Below are positions 48,202 through 61,090 of a stretch of 64,000 nucleotides of DNA, piece by piece (position 1 is the first letter of the stretch; each line of letters opens with the position of its first letter). Made by a program: the position numbers and the translations under genes. This DNA is from Balanoglossus misakiensis (Eukaryota > Animalia > Hemichordata): the NCBI GenBank assembly GCA_040954595.2, contig CM082579.2:15352550-15416549 (forward strand). The letters run 5' to 3'. The notes beneath the pieces were generated by a model. That model was not told the origin of the DNA and made no database searches. It saw nothing but the letters and a program-made list of their open reading frames with translations.

Positions 48202-50563
48202 AACCAGATATTAACTGAATATGCTCACGTGCAGTACTGTGATTGGTTGACAGAATAACAAGATTAGAAAAACCAGTGTTAAACCAATTTGGTTTATAGT
48301 GTATATGGTGTAAGGGTTGTGTGTTGCACCATTGTGAAATGTAAACATGTTTGTGGAATTGTTGCCTTGTCAATTTTTGTAAGGGGTTATGAGTCATGTA
48401 CCCCATCCTGAACTGCATAAAAAGATAAGTCTATGGAATTCTAAAACTCGTTGATCAAAAATGGCAAGAAATATACCAAAAAGTATGAATATTTCACCAG
48501 ATTTCAACAAATCTGATTTCTGTTCATGCCTAAGAACCTCTTTAACAAGTTTCAATAAGGAAGACATTTTGGCAAACAACAGGTAATTCAGACAAATCTG
48601 ACTGATATCACATATATGAATTCCCATTCAAAGTTTCCAATCAATTGGACTTGTGGTTTTACTGAAGACTATTTGGCCAAACCCTGCAGAATTCCCAAAA
48701 AATACAATTATGCAAATTTCTTTACAATTTGATCATATCTGACTGAGATCACCCCTAGAAACCCAAATACAAAGTATCAAAACAATTGCACTTACAGTTT
48801 CACGGGATTTGATTTTTTGACAAAAACAGGAAATATTGCCCAAAAATGCATTTTTGCAAATTTCACCACCGTTTGCACAAATGTGATTCAGGTAAGCCCT
48901 ATGAACCTCCATACCAAGTTTCCAATCAATTGGACATGTAATTTCAGAGAAGAATTTTTTTTAACAAAACTGCAGAAAATTCCCCAAAAAATTCATAAAA
49001 AATAGCAAACGCCAGATACTGACTCCACCTGAACAAAATCATACGAGGTCTTCCCATAGTTCTTGCACACCAATGCACGCCAATTTTAAACTGAATCTGA
49101 TCCGCTGTTATTAAGTTATTAAGTTTTTCAATTTTGACTATTTGAACATTTTTCCAGTTAATACCAGTATGCATTTTTTCGCAATAACAATTTCTATGTA
49201 CACACTAAATATCAGTAGTTTCAAGTTTTTGATGTTGATGGACATACACATACATACATCAATACATTTAGACGAAACTGATCCATTCGCAAAATACATA
49301 ATTCTGTATGAGGCACACATACAGACATACATAGACGACGGACACCAACTTATGCTATAAGCTGACATTGATATACATGTTAGCCAAAAACCAAAATCAA
49401 CCTCAAAATAGACATTAAAATATATTGCACCACCATGAGAAGACAAATTCATTTTTCGCCAAATTTTCTGGGGCGTCATTGATATAGCATGGCATATTGT
49501 CAAAGTACGTAGTCTCTGTGATAAGATTCCATACACACAAAATGGTAACCTTGGAAGTCCAGCTGACGTAGTTATGCAATGGCGCCTCGTGTATTCCGTC
49601 GCCAAAAAATCATCGTAAAATTGATAGTCGGGGTCACAATTCAAGACGACTTTCTCTAAATTCTTTATGAATGGATTAAATCGAAATCGAAATGTTGACG
49701 TATGACGTACGGAATGAGATCTGAACAGACATTCAATGTTATCATTCTCGCTCGATCACATATTGGGTAAGCCATCTAGCAATCGCTATATAGTATTGGC
49801 GATAACAGACTGTCTATAAACTCACAAAACGGATTTTACTGTTGAGTGTGATCAACCGCCACGTTATTTTTCTCTGAACAATAGACAAATAGAAAGCCTG
49901 GTGACATTTTGAGATTGACTGCGTGAGGACCACAATATGCGTGAATCATTTACGGTTTGTCTTGATGAATGGGTCACGTCATAGTCATAACGCGGATTCG
50001 GCTGCACGCCAACTATCCGCCATATTGTCTCCACTAACTTACTCGTAAGTAGTTTCAAACTTCATTTGAAAAGAGTATTCGTCTGACGGTCCTGTAGATT
50101 AACAATTTACGCTCTATGAAGCAACTAAACAACGTTAGCTTCCTTGTGGATTCACGTAGGGAAGTTATTCGTAACGACGGGTACAGCGTCTGAGCATGGA
50201 CAGAACCACGGCAATATCGCCAGGAATGTCTCATTTCACAGCGCCCTCAAACAGTCGATCTCCTCAAACTATCGTTTCCACTGGTCATATATGCGGCATT
50301 AACGAAAGCTCACATAGACAACCATGTAATAGAAAAATTAAAACTTAAATAACTTCATTAATATCAAAGCCACACGCACCAAAACCTTTTCAGTTCTTGC
50401 CATATGATATCTGAACCTGTGTACTAAATTTGGTTGAAATCGGTTCAGCGGTTCTTGAGATATCGGGTATACAGACAGACACACACACACACATACATAC
50501 ATACACACACACACACACAGACATCGCTAAACCATAAGCTCACGTGATTTTCACGTGAGCTAA
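48202..50563 (-). mobile_element. Helentron-type non-autonomous element (family 2), second copy
   Basis: Near-identical inverted copy of 15095-17576 with the same termini; lacks the Merlin-like MITE and differs by internal indels. Confidence 0.88.
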
Positions 50564-51224
50564 AAATGAAAAAAAATCCATGAGGTCTCAAAATGAATAC
50601 ACACCAATTTCTAAAGCAATTTGACCAGTTTCAACCAATTTCACATTGGTCCCAGTGGTAGATAGACATATACGAAATGGGAACCAAAGAATAAAACACA
50701 TTTCAAAGATTTAACACATCTTTTTCCTCAAGAGTGTTTTTCAAATCTTCTCCACATCCTTCAAAATCGCCACCATAAAGCCATATTACTTGAAGTGCTT
50801 ATGTTTGTCATATCTAGGTGATGCATACCACTATAGATGTGTACCCTTTGTATAGAGGCAGATTAAACAGGTGTGGTACCTGTTAAATATCTGACTTCTT
50901 TAAATTACAGCCACAATCGTCAGTCAACAAGATGTTCATGTAGATGTATACCTAGCAGTAAGCTTATTTAGATTGACAAATCTTAGATGAAAATAATGAA
51001 AAAGTGGCACAACCCTTAGGGCTTTAACTAGCAGCTTTATGCCAGATGAGTTCGAGTCTAACGATGTAATGTTGACATTAAGGTTTCATTGAAATAACTT
51101 GGGAACCTCTCTACTATTTGAAGCACCAAAGCTGTGAAAAACTGTCAGGGACCGGATTTTTTTCAGCAAAATTTCAAATAACCTTGGCTGATTTTTTACC
51201 TACTTTCACATATTGGGTAGCATG

Positions 51225-52435
51225 AAACAAAGTATGGCTTCCAGAAGGGTTATAGATACAGTGTTTTGTAATAACAAGAATTAACATGAAACTATAATTT
51301 CATGGTTAATTTAGGACCGCCTTAATCTATGGTAATGTCATTAAATATTTGCATATCTAATTGTAGGCTATCCAGTGGAGGGAGAAACCTAAACATGGAC
51401 AACATTGGGGTCAAAATTGTTTGACAGAACTTTGGGTGACTTTGGGTAAACCTTGACCAACATTACTATATCTTGGCATCCAGAGCAGATGCAACCTTGA
51501 CACTTGGAGTGATGGAAATGCATAATGGAGTATTATGTCTCAGCTAGTCACAGTGCTTTTGCTGTGTTTTATGTCTTTTATTCAGCCAAATTAGATGTTT
51601 TTTATTACACATTGGCTGTGTTTGCCAGTACTTTTTAGCTGGTCACACTGCCTTAAGACAATGTATTCTCAAAATACCATGCAATCATTATGAAGCATAT
51701 ACAGCAGACAAAGTTATGGTATGACTGAACTTGCCCTTCTTTGTGACTAAAGCATGACCGGCCTGTCTTAGGTGGCCCCTACCTAGGGGCTTTACCCGTC
51801 ATTGGCTCACAGTCTGAGAAATCAGCTCTGCAGGGAAGTTAACGATGTAACCCACCATTAAAGCTTGGATTTCCGCTTTTTGCATCTGATGCCTGGCTGA
51901 GGCCTTCTTAGGATCTACCCAACGCTGAGTAGGCTATCCCGTCATTGGCACACAGTCTCAGGGAGGGAGTCCAAAGTTCAGTATACCAGCAAAGCCTTTA
52001 TATTGTCCATTCTTTTTAAGAGAAGGCTGGCTGCTGTAGAAAAATGTTGATCTCAAATGTATCATGTCCAAAAAAAGGCAGACTTCCAGCCCTATTGGTT
52101 AGGCTGGCATTAGGTATGTACATAATTAATGAGGCAAGACATAATATTCCATTACATAGTTCCATAACTCCAAGTGTCAAGGATGTATCTGTGCCGGATG
52201 CCAAGATATAGGAATGTAGGTCAAAGTTTACCCAAGATCACCCAAAAGTTTGTCAAAAGATTTTGACCCCAGAGTTGTCCATGTCCAGGTTACCACATCC
52301 ACTAGAATAAGATATGCACATATTTAATGAGGTTACCATAGCTCAAGGGGGTCTTTAATTAACCATCAACATTTAGTTTCATATTAATGCATGTTAATAT
52401 AATACACTGTATCTATAACCCTACTGGTAAGCCTA
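51225..52435. repeat. Inverted repeat pair (~51225-51540 and ~52150-52435) of diverged Helentron-type repeat units
   Basis: GGGTTATAGATACAGTG at 51248 versus CACTGTATCTATAACCC at ~52405, with further colinear matches. Confidence 0.6.
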
Positions 52436-54469
52436 GAATTAGGTACATGCGAAAGTTTTTGACAAGATAGATAAGTTGTAAAATATGTACATGAACCTGA
52501 CAATTGACTTAAAATAACATAAGGCAGACTTGATACTTATCGGAGATAGATACTAATAACAACAGTGATGTTAATTACACCGGGAATGTTTGTCTTATTA
52601 TAGCTACATGTAAAAGACTGCTTGAGGTAATGTAATTAAAGTGACCACTTGCGATTCACCTTCAAAGTGCTATGCAAGTACATTGTTTTTCCAATGATTG
52701 GACAAAGGATATTCATAATGTGTAATTAAGGCTGGATAGCATTTTCAATGTAATAAGCCCTGCCTTCACTATAATCTTACGCCAAATCAACATTGTTCAA
52801 TTTATGTTAATAATTTCACTAAGGGATACTTGTTACATCAAATTTCCCAGCAAGGGGTGTCAGATTATTGGGCAAGTGGCATGCATGACACTAGACGATA
52901 CTTTTGGAAGCAAAGCGGACAGAACACGGCTGGATATAGACTAGGTAATTCTGAATGTGACCATGAACTGTACCACAGACTCTGTATTGTATGTTTCTGA
53001 AGAATCCCATTTAACCCAGACATCAACATACTTCAACCTTGTAAGAAGTAGAACATACATGATTTACTAGTAAATATTTGCTAGCTTATTACACACTTTG
53101 GATTACACAAAAATAGGTGTGTACACCGCTGTGACATTGCCAAGCAGATATGACCTACCAGGTAACCTAATACAATTTCACAGGAATCGGAGTATTTTCA
53201 GTGAAAACAACATTTCTTCAACAATGACAAAAACTGCCTCAACCACAAAAATTCAGATATCAACAAATCCAACAATATCTCACTTCAATCACCACAAGGA
53301 ACATGCCTACCAAAATTGAAAGCAATTTGACATGCGGTTTCAAAGAATACAAATTGCAAAAATTGCCTCAAGACCACAAATATGCAAATTTCACCAAAAT
53401 GATATACAACATTACTTGGGTTACCTCATGGAACAAGCAAACCAAAATTTAAATGCAACCTGACCTGACATGGAGTTTCAGAGAAAATGATTTTTGACCA
53501 AAAATGACAAAATTATATTTCCCAAAAATTACAAATTTTGCCACAATTTAAACAATACTAACAAAGATTACCTATAGGAAATAGCATACTAAATTCTAGA
53601 TACAATTCACGATATTAGCTGAAAGTATATCAGGCGTGACATAAGCTACATGCATACAAATGTTCAAAGCAATCTGACCAGTTGTTGAGTTTCTGAGTTT
53701 TGATCAATTTCACATTGCTCCAGGTAATTAGCATATTTCATTTGAACAGGCGTGCCTGCATCTAAAAACCCAATATCAAGACTTACCACACAGACTCTGT
53801 ATTGTATGTTTCTGGAGTAATCAAATAAAACCAATCATGAAAATACTTCAACCTTCTTAATATGAACAAAATCCTATTTACAGGCTGGCCTACATCTACA
53901 CACCAAATATCAAGGGGATACGCGAAGGGGTTTTCAAGTTTTTGATGTGGACAGACATACATACATCCATACATACTACATACACACATACAGAGGCAAC
54001 TGACTGGTCAGAAGGCATGAGCAAAAATGCAGGAAATCAATGTTGTGACACTGGTAGTAGGCCTTAATGTATACAATATCAAGACAGTTTATTTAACATG
54101 AAGTTTGATATGTTCATAATCATTCAGAGCTAAGCATATTTTGAAATTGTAAAATTAATATCAATCACATGAAAACTGACAGCATGCTTTCATTTGGGAA
54201 TTTAGGTATTGTAATTAACACTAACAGTCATGAAACTATTGAATCGTCAATAAAATCATACAGTAGAAATTAATGGGTTTTCTATTTATATGCGATGTGA
54301 AAATGCAACTTGTGGTCCTTCGGCCAGTAAGAGGCATCAGATAATATTGTAAGACCCAGTTGCCCAATTGATTAGACCTACATGTATGCGCTGTGTGAAG
54401 CGCAAGTTATGGCAACTGAATTCACAGGACACTGAAGAAAGTGGAATCACTCAAGGTACATATGTATAC

Positions 54470-54990
54470 ATGTAGGCTAACAATCACAACACAGAGAATA
54501 GTTCTCCATATTCATTTTTAATACGATAAGATTCACTGAATTGGCGCATCCATGGGCAGGCAAGGTTAGTTCCAACTCAGTTTGCAAATCAGGCCCATGT
54601 ATCTTGTTCCCTGAGACTGTCTGCTTCTAATAATAGCTGTAAGAACATAATCGTTGACCGAATGGTTGGTTCAATTTTGCGACATTTTATGATTTCAAGC
54701 TGTGCAATATTTGCAACTCAGTTTCAACTTTGGTTGGAGGGATGATGATGAAGCAATTTCACTGACAAAATAGCACTACTAACTGACGTCAATATTTGTT
54801 CAAAGTTAAATGCATTGCCATCAGAAAAATGTATACGAAAAGTTTCGTATGTGAATAATAACACTTTTTCGCATAACTGCAAACCCTGTCACAGTTGTGA
54901 AATTCTAAGAAAATTCATTCATTAGGTAGAATTCGTGCTTTATGAATTCTTAAACAAACTTAGTCATGAAACCTAAATGGTTACCTTACA
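54470..54990. repeat. Inverted diverged copy of the repeat at ~46030-47400
   Basis: Colinear reverse-complement matches (e.g. TGCATTGCCATCAGAAAAA, TTCTCCATATTCATTTT). Confidence 0.7.
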
Positions 54991-55734
54991 CATGTGGAGG
55001 CTCGACTTCTGTGATATGATAGTCTTTAATTAATGTGTATGTGATTCCATACAAATCCATATGATTACCTGAACATACAAAATAAATTAAAAATAAATAC
55101 ATAAATTAAAAATAAATAAGTATCTCATACATATGCATAAGTGCTTGTGAGAAATATATCATATATCTAAATAAACCTGTCATTTATTGACCTCATTTTC
55201 CCAAACAGTATAGAAAACATTTTCCAATTTCCGAAAAACCTCTTTTTTACATAATTACTGCTGAAAAAGTTAGAAATTTATGAAAATATTCCCCATTCTT
55301 TGCCAATTTCTAATGAAAAAATTACATAAAGGTATTCTTAGTCTCTTTCCTGCAGCTGTACAGCAGGAAAAATGCATTTTGTCATATTTTGGCTTTAAAC
55401 TAAAATTAAAATTTATCTGTGAAAAAACTGAGTCTCCTTCAAAGCCACGTACATGACAGTCCTTTTGATTTTTTTCTAATGAAATTTTGTCTCCATGTTT
55501 ATCATGAGTAATATTTCTATTGAAAATTTGCAAGTGTGTGAATTGTTTGTAAAATTTCGCCAGAAAAAACAATAGCATCAAAAAGTAAATCTGAAACCCA
55601 ATATTTATTACAAGAATTGTTAGATTAATATCCGTATCACACAAATCCGTTGGATTTCGTATGAATTTTAGGAAATAAGCACTGCTCATTGACAAATCCA
55701 TATTTTGCGGCTAAAATACTTGGAAAGAGTCAGT

Positions 55735-56257
55735 GGCATGTGAGAGCTTGGAAATTTCCAAGTACTGACAAGGGTCAGTGGTCGGAAATTTCCAGACACT
55801 CAGGGAATGTGAGAGTCTGGAAATTTCCAAGCACTGACAAGGGTCAGTGGTCGGAAATTTCCAGACACTCAGGGAATGTGAGAGCCTGGAAATTTCCAAG
55901 CACTGACAAGGGTCAGTGGTCGGAAATTTCCAGACACTCAGGGAATATGAGAGCCTGGAAATTTCCAAGCACTGACAAGGGTCAGTGGTCGAAAATTTCC
56001 AGACACTCAGGGAATGTGAGAGCTTAGAAATATCCAAGCACTGACAAGGGTCAGTGGTCGGAAATTTCCAGACACTCAGGGAATGTGAGAGCCTGGAAAT
56101 TTCCAAGCACTGACAAGGGTCAGTGGTCGGAAATTTCCAGACACTCAGGGAATGTGAGAGCTTAGAAATTTCCAAGCACAGACAAGGGTCAGTGGTCGGA
56201 AATTTCCAGACACTCAGGGAATGTGAGAGCCTTGAACTTTCCAAGCACTGACAGGGT
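55735..56257 (+). repeat. 69-bp minisatellite (~7.5 copies)
   Basis: GGAAATTTCCAAGCACTGACAAGGGTCAGTGGTCGGAAATTTCCAGACACTCAGGGAATGTGAGAGCCT repeated. Confidence 0.95.
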
Positions 56258-56723
56258 CGTCGTAGTCCTCCGTACATGTCTGCGTTCTCCCGGCGTTTAA
56301 TACACGGCTTCCACCACATCTCTGCAAGGCTCCATGGACAAAACTGATTCGTCTGAGATCCGGATCCGGACAGCAGCTTTTCGGCCGAGATTGGATTTTA
56401 TCGGGGGGAATCTTTCCCCCGTCTACCCACAAATGACTCCAAATATGATGTAATTAACTTCCGAGCCACTCGCTTTCTGATTTTCTCTTGTGTTTACCTG
56501 TTGAGATCGCCATATTGAATACAGTGAGGTTATCTCAATGGGTAAACACAAAAGTTTCAGAAAGCGAGCGGTTCGGATGTTAGAAGAAGTCAATCGCAGT
56601 TATAACCGGTTAGTAGACAGGGAAAGGATATTCTCCCGATAAAATCGAATTTCGGCGAAAAGCTCTGGTACGGATCTGGACCGCAGACGCACCAGGTTTG
56701 TCTAAGGAGCCTTAGCGTCACAA

Positions 56724-57160
56724 TGTTCATGACAGGCTTCGCCTACCAACTCCTCTGAGTTAGCCCATACACTAGTTGTTTATTGGGAATTGGTATTGTT
56801 TATCTGACACAATTGTTCTTTCTACTCTGTATACAAAGTCACAACTTCACAACTACCAAATGCTATTGTTCTTGAATTATGCAGTGTTACCAAATGTCAC
56901 AGTTCAAACCACTGTATATAAAGAAGTATTGGCCATCCCGCCCCTCTCTCTTCATTCCAAACCTATTCCCAAGTGTACGCGGTACATTTGTTGGTGCCGA
57001 CACCAGGATGTCGGGCATGGAGAGAGAGAAGAACAGCAGAAGAGGCCACCGCAGTCAAACGACCAAACTCATCCGTAGGGTTGAAGATATAAATACAGGC
57101 GAAGTTCCTCAACAGATCGTTTTCCTAAAGGCCATAATTTGAAACATGATAGAGAAACTC
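56724..57160 (+). mobile_element. 5' fragment of a BEL/Pao-like LTR retrotransposon (LTR, PBS, gag start)
   Basis: TGTT...GTACA (56724-56986), PBS TGGTGCCGACACCAGG at 56992, then MSGMEREKNSRRGHRSQTTKLIRRV. Confidence 0.6.
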
Positions 57161-57505
57161 AAGATTTCCAAGCACTGACCCTGTCAATGCTTGGAAATTT
57201 CCAGGCTCTCACATTCCCCGAGTGACTGGATATTTCCGGCCACTAACCCTGTCAGTGCTTGGAAATTTCTAGGCTCTCACATTCCCTGAGTGTCTGGAAA
57301 TTTCCGACCACTGACCCTTGTCAGTGCTTGGAAATTTCTAAGCTCTCACATTCCCTGAGTGTCTGGAAATTTCCGACCACTGACCCTTGTCAGTGCTTGG
57401 AAATTTCCAGGCTCTCACATTCCCTGAGTGTCTGGAAATTTCCGACCACTGACCCTTGTCAGTGCTTGGAAATTTCCAGGCTCTCACATTTCCAAGCACT
57501 GACCC
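57160..57505 (-). repeat. 69-bp minisatellite, inverted (~4.5 copies)
   Basis: Reverse complement of the 55735-56257 unit. Confidence 0.95.
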
Positions 57506-58304
57506 TTCTGGAGTGACTAGCAATTTTTTGCAAATTGTACTATTAATTGAATTCATAATTTAGTTATTAGTTTTTTTCAATGAAATATTCAAATCCATAC
57601 AACCTAAAGATGGCTCCTTCATTATTTCTATGGAAATTTCACAGTTTATTCTTTTCTTTCTGCACACTCGCAAACATCTTGAAAATAATCATAGAAAAAT
57701 ATCGAAATATATTGTACTGTGAACAAAACACTAATTTCCTTGAAAAAAGTTTAAAAAACAGCTACTTTTCGGAAATTGGAAAATGTTTTCTATACTGTTC
57801 CCAGTAAACCAAAGGACTAAATTGCACTTTAATATTACAGCTTCATTTCAATGCAACAGGTACACTACATCATAAGGGAACAAATATGCCAGCTCAACAT
57901 TTATATAAACAGTGTCAAAATATAAGTGGCTACAAAAGCTTGTGTCCCTTCAATCCATTCTCCCACTCAGGTCAAACGTGTTACATATTAAAATTGCAAT
58001 GTGCATAATATACAATTAGTCTTTTGTAAATTCAGACTGAGAAAATATGACTGATAAACATTATCTGGCACATGTTGGTGAATGGCTGGCGTTGATGTTG
58101 TGGGTTGAAATCCGAACTATGATTATCGCGGGTACAAATCACATTTATTTTCTCAGAGACAACACGTTTGCAACTTCGGGACAGAAAGGTGAAAACGAAC
58201 GTCATTAGTTCTTGGGAAAAAACTCTGAAATCAATTTCATTGAGGTCAAATGTGTTCCAAAGGCAAACCGTTTCTGGTAAACAAATCAATGGCAAATAGT
58301 TACT

Positions 58305-58530
58305 TCGGCGACTTACCAATCAATCAACATGGCTGCCAAATCGTTGGATATCCCGGTTTCATCTCGCGATCATTCTATCTTCCGATATGGCGTTGCTTGG
58401 TTAAATTCGTCTCTTCTTTGCCGACATAGTCGGGCGACAGCGGTCCAGAAGCATATACAGCGACGCCATCTTGTTTACAATGTGAAGTATCAACTGCGCA
58501 TGCTCAATGGTTGTTGATTGGAAAGTGGGC
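58305..58530 (-). promoter_or_regulatory. CpG-rich promoter and probable non-coding first exon on the - strand
   Basis: NRF1-like TGCGCATGC (~58495), YY1-like AAGATGGCG and ATATGGCG, TCTCGCGA, CCAAT; - strand donor ATTG|GTAAGT at ~58316. Confidence 0.5.
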
Positions 58531-59052
58531 AGAGCCTGCAAGATCCAGGGTTCGCTTGACCGGCCAAACGCGGTTATTCTCCCTGGACCAAATCATTTAA
58601 GCGTCAGGCGTAATACATCACATAATTGACTGGAAAACTAAACAGTCTTCCACCTATATATCAACACAGTTTATTAAACCAGCACCCGCGCAAATATTCA
58701 CAAGTATATGATTAAAATTGATGAAATCATTAATCGCACGGTTACAGCTGTCATAGTTTCTAATAATATTATTCACTGGTAGCGCTGACATACCATGTTG
58801 AAACTTGTCGCGGAAAACAAGATAATTGATCTTACGGTGTCATTTGTTTTTAAAAAGTGCTTAATAACTATTGATCCCATTGATATATTTTTTCCATATT
58901 TATATATTTTTCGCAAATTTTGACTGCTTGGGCTACTAATAGCATGGTGATCACAATGGATTTACCACCTCCCAGCTGCCTTATAAAAGAATGCCTATTC
59001 TGTGGACACTAGCCTCATCGAAGACCGAACGTGTTCATCGATGTTTCCATTC

Positions 59053-59139
59053 ATGACGAACTCCAATGCAGGCGTCGCAGTCATTCTGGCTTTCACGCTG
59101 TGGGCACCTCTGGTGACAGCAATTCCCAACAAGTTGCGG
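59053..59139 (+). CDS. Signal-peptide first exon of a secreted protein gene
   Basis: TATAAAA at ~58982; MTNSNAGVAVILAFTLWAPLVTA-IPNKLR followed by |GTAAGT. Confidence 0.6.
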
Positions 59140-59981
59140 GTAAGTAATCACACAACCTATATGAGTGAAAGTTTCTTGTCATTTTCGCAACGTCAAGGTT
59201 GATATTCTCTTCTTGGATCGAAAATGTGTGACACAACAAATGAATCTGCGTGGCAGGGTCGGCTGTGTCTTTTGCTTCGAGGCATAGTCGTCAGACACAC
59301 ATCCCTAAGACGCGAAGCCAGCTTATCCTTTGATCAAATGGCAGCGCTATTCTAAATATTTTACAACATGCCCTAAAGGACAAACACGTGCCGCTGGAAG
59401 AGGCCAACACTCAGCAGAGACGGCAAGATGTTAACGGAGGTGAGCCCCAACAATAAATTAATATTGTTCCTTTTATTTAGAAAACGCCGCATAATTAGCC
59501 AACCAATCATGGTTATGAGAAACCTCCAAAATACAATGTATCGATATTTACTGCATCTGTTCATACTTCGCCCGCGCTTTAAAAACCCTATAGCTGCTAA
59601 AATTGGCATATTTTTTTCCAGAGTAAAATACTTCATATGTATATTCCCTATTCCCTAAAATCTTCACCCGTGACCATTGAGCCATATTACTTGCATTTGC
59701 ATTGGTTTGTCATAACTTGGCGTCGCATTTCACGATAGCTGCTTAGCTGCTATTGTTTGTATGAAGGCTGATTAAATCGGTGAGGCACCGTTTTAATACA
59801 TAGCATGTTCCAATTGCAACATGCAGTCACAATCGGGCATCGATAAGATGTTTATGTATACCTATCAGTAAGCTTATTTTGATGAACCAATTTAAGTTGG
59901 AAAATAAAATCATGAAAATAATGCTAAAAGTGGCAGCTTTGGAGGCTTTAAACTACAGTTCTCCCAAATTGTCTTGACTAA

Positions 59982-60132
59982 ATGACATACATGTGGTCAA
60001 AAGTTCTGACTGCAGAAGAGGTTGCAGCTGTGGCGGGGGACTGTTCAATTGGAGGAAATATATTTACATGGAATAAAGACAATATTGAAATGGCAGCAGA
60101 AATAGTTCCTACTGAAAAGAATGCTATCTGCA
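59982..60132 (+). pseudogene. Pentraxin-domain C-terminal exon remnant
   Basis: YMWSKVLTAEEVAAVAGDCSIGGNIFTW fits the pentraxin end pattern W..VL...E......C...GN...W; donor A|GTGAGT; no upstream continuation of the frame; possible last exon from 61171. Confidence 0.7.
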
Positions 60133-61011
60133 GTGAGTATCACAACTTTAAAATGAAAGATTTTGCAAATTTAAAAAAAATATTGAGTGTTTTGACATGC
60201 GTCAGTGGTCAGTAACACACAAGCTGCATGATAAAAGGGTCACGAGAAATTGTAAGCCGCAATGTATAATGGATTAACTCCATGACCTATGCGACCTACG
60301 AACTGTGACGTACAGAATTTATTTCTACGTGTAATGCGGTCTGCGGCAGTGAGCCACAGACCGCATTGCGAGAGCAGTGAGAATTCACCACAATGCAAAC
60401 TTTCTGAACGTAGGTTGATCTTCGAATGAAATATTACCTTGTCACCAGTTTTCCACATGGCTACACTGTAAAATTGGGTGACGTGTTCGTTCACAAGTGG
60501 AATAATTGTGAGTAGTAAAGCACGCGAAGTTAAGCAACGAGCACGTTTTGAAATGCGCGCAGATGATCCCAGTTTAGCAAATTCAGGCCATTGCGTGCAT
60601 GCAAAATAAAATAATACTGTACCGGGGGTGAGCCTACTTTCTTTCCATACATATACACGTATATGTTGGTTAAGGTATGTGACAAACAGTTTTCATGTAA
60701 CAGCCAGTGATGCTGACCATAAAACCAGCGCAGCTGATGCTTTCATCTACAATTTGCAACATGGACGTTTGTGTCTCTGCATGTGTCGTGCATGTTACTG
60801 CTGAACAAAAAAGATATGCGGGCACCACAGGCTGGCGAAAGCGGTGCTCACGTGCTCTGCAAGCTGATGTTGTCACTAAATTGGCAAAGTATTGTACACA
60901 TGGAGGAGTTTCTTGAGCTGTCTGTTGTATAAATGTCGGTTGTGAGTACATTATTTTTTATTTTATTTTAATAATTTTCAAAGCCCCTATGATTGAAGCA
61001 TATTATTACGA

Positions 61012-61090
61012 CTCATCCGTTCATCATTCATTCATTCATTCATTCATTCATTCATTCATTCATTCATTCATTCATCCATTCAGTCAGTCA
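61012..61090. repeat. (TTCA)n microsatellite
   Basis: Seen directly. Confidence 0.9.

Larger units (their letters stand above)
55206..57797. mobile_element. Foldback-type DNA element with CAG termini and mirrored 69-bp subterminal arrays
   Basis: TIR CAGTATAGAAAACATTTTCCAATTTCCGAAAA and its reverse complement; flanks TTCCCAAA / TTCCCAGT (6/8 match, possible hAT-type TSD). Confidence 0.75.

Noticed and set aside
55735-57505. 69-bp arrays as CRISPR or as repeat-protein ORFs (55689-56027, 55711-56319, 57259-57516)
   Set aside because: Units are identical end to end with no unique spacers, there are no cas genes, and the frames are open only because 69 is divisible by 3.
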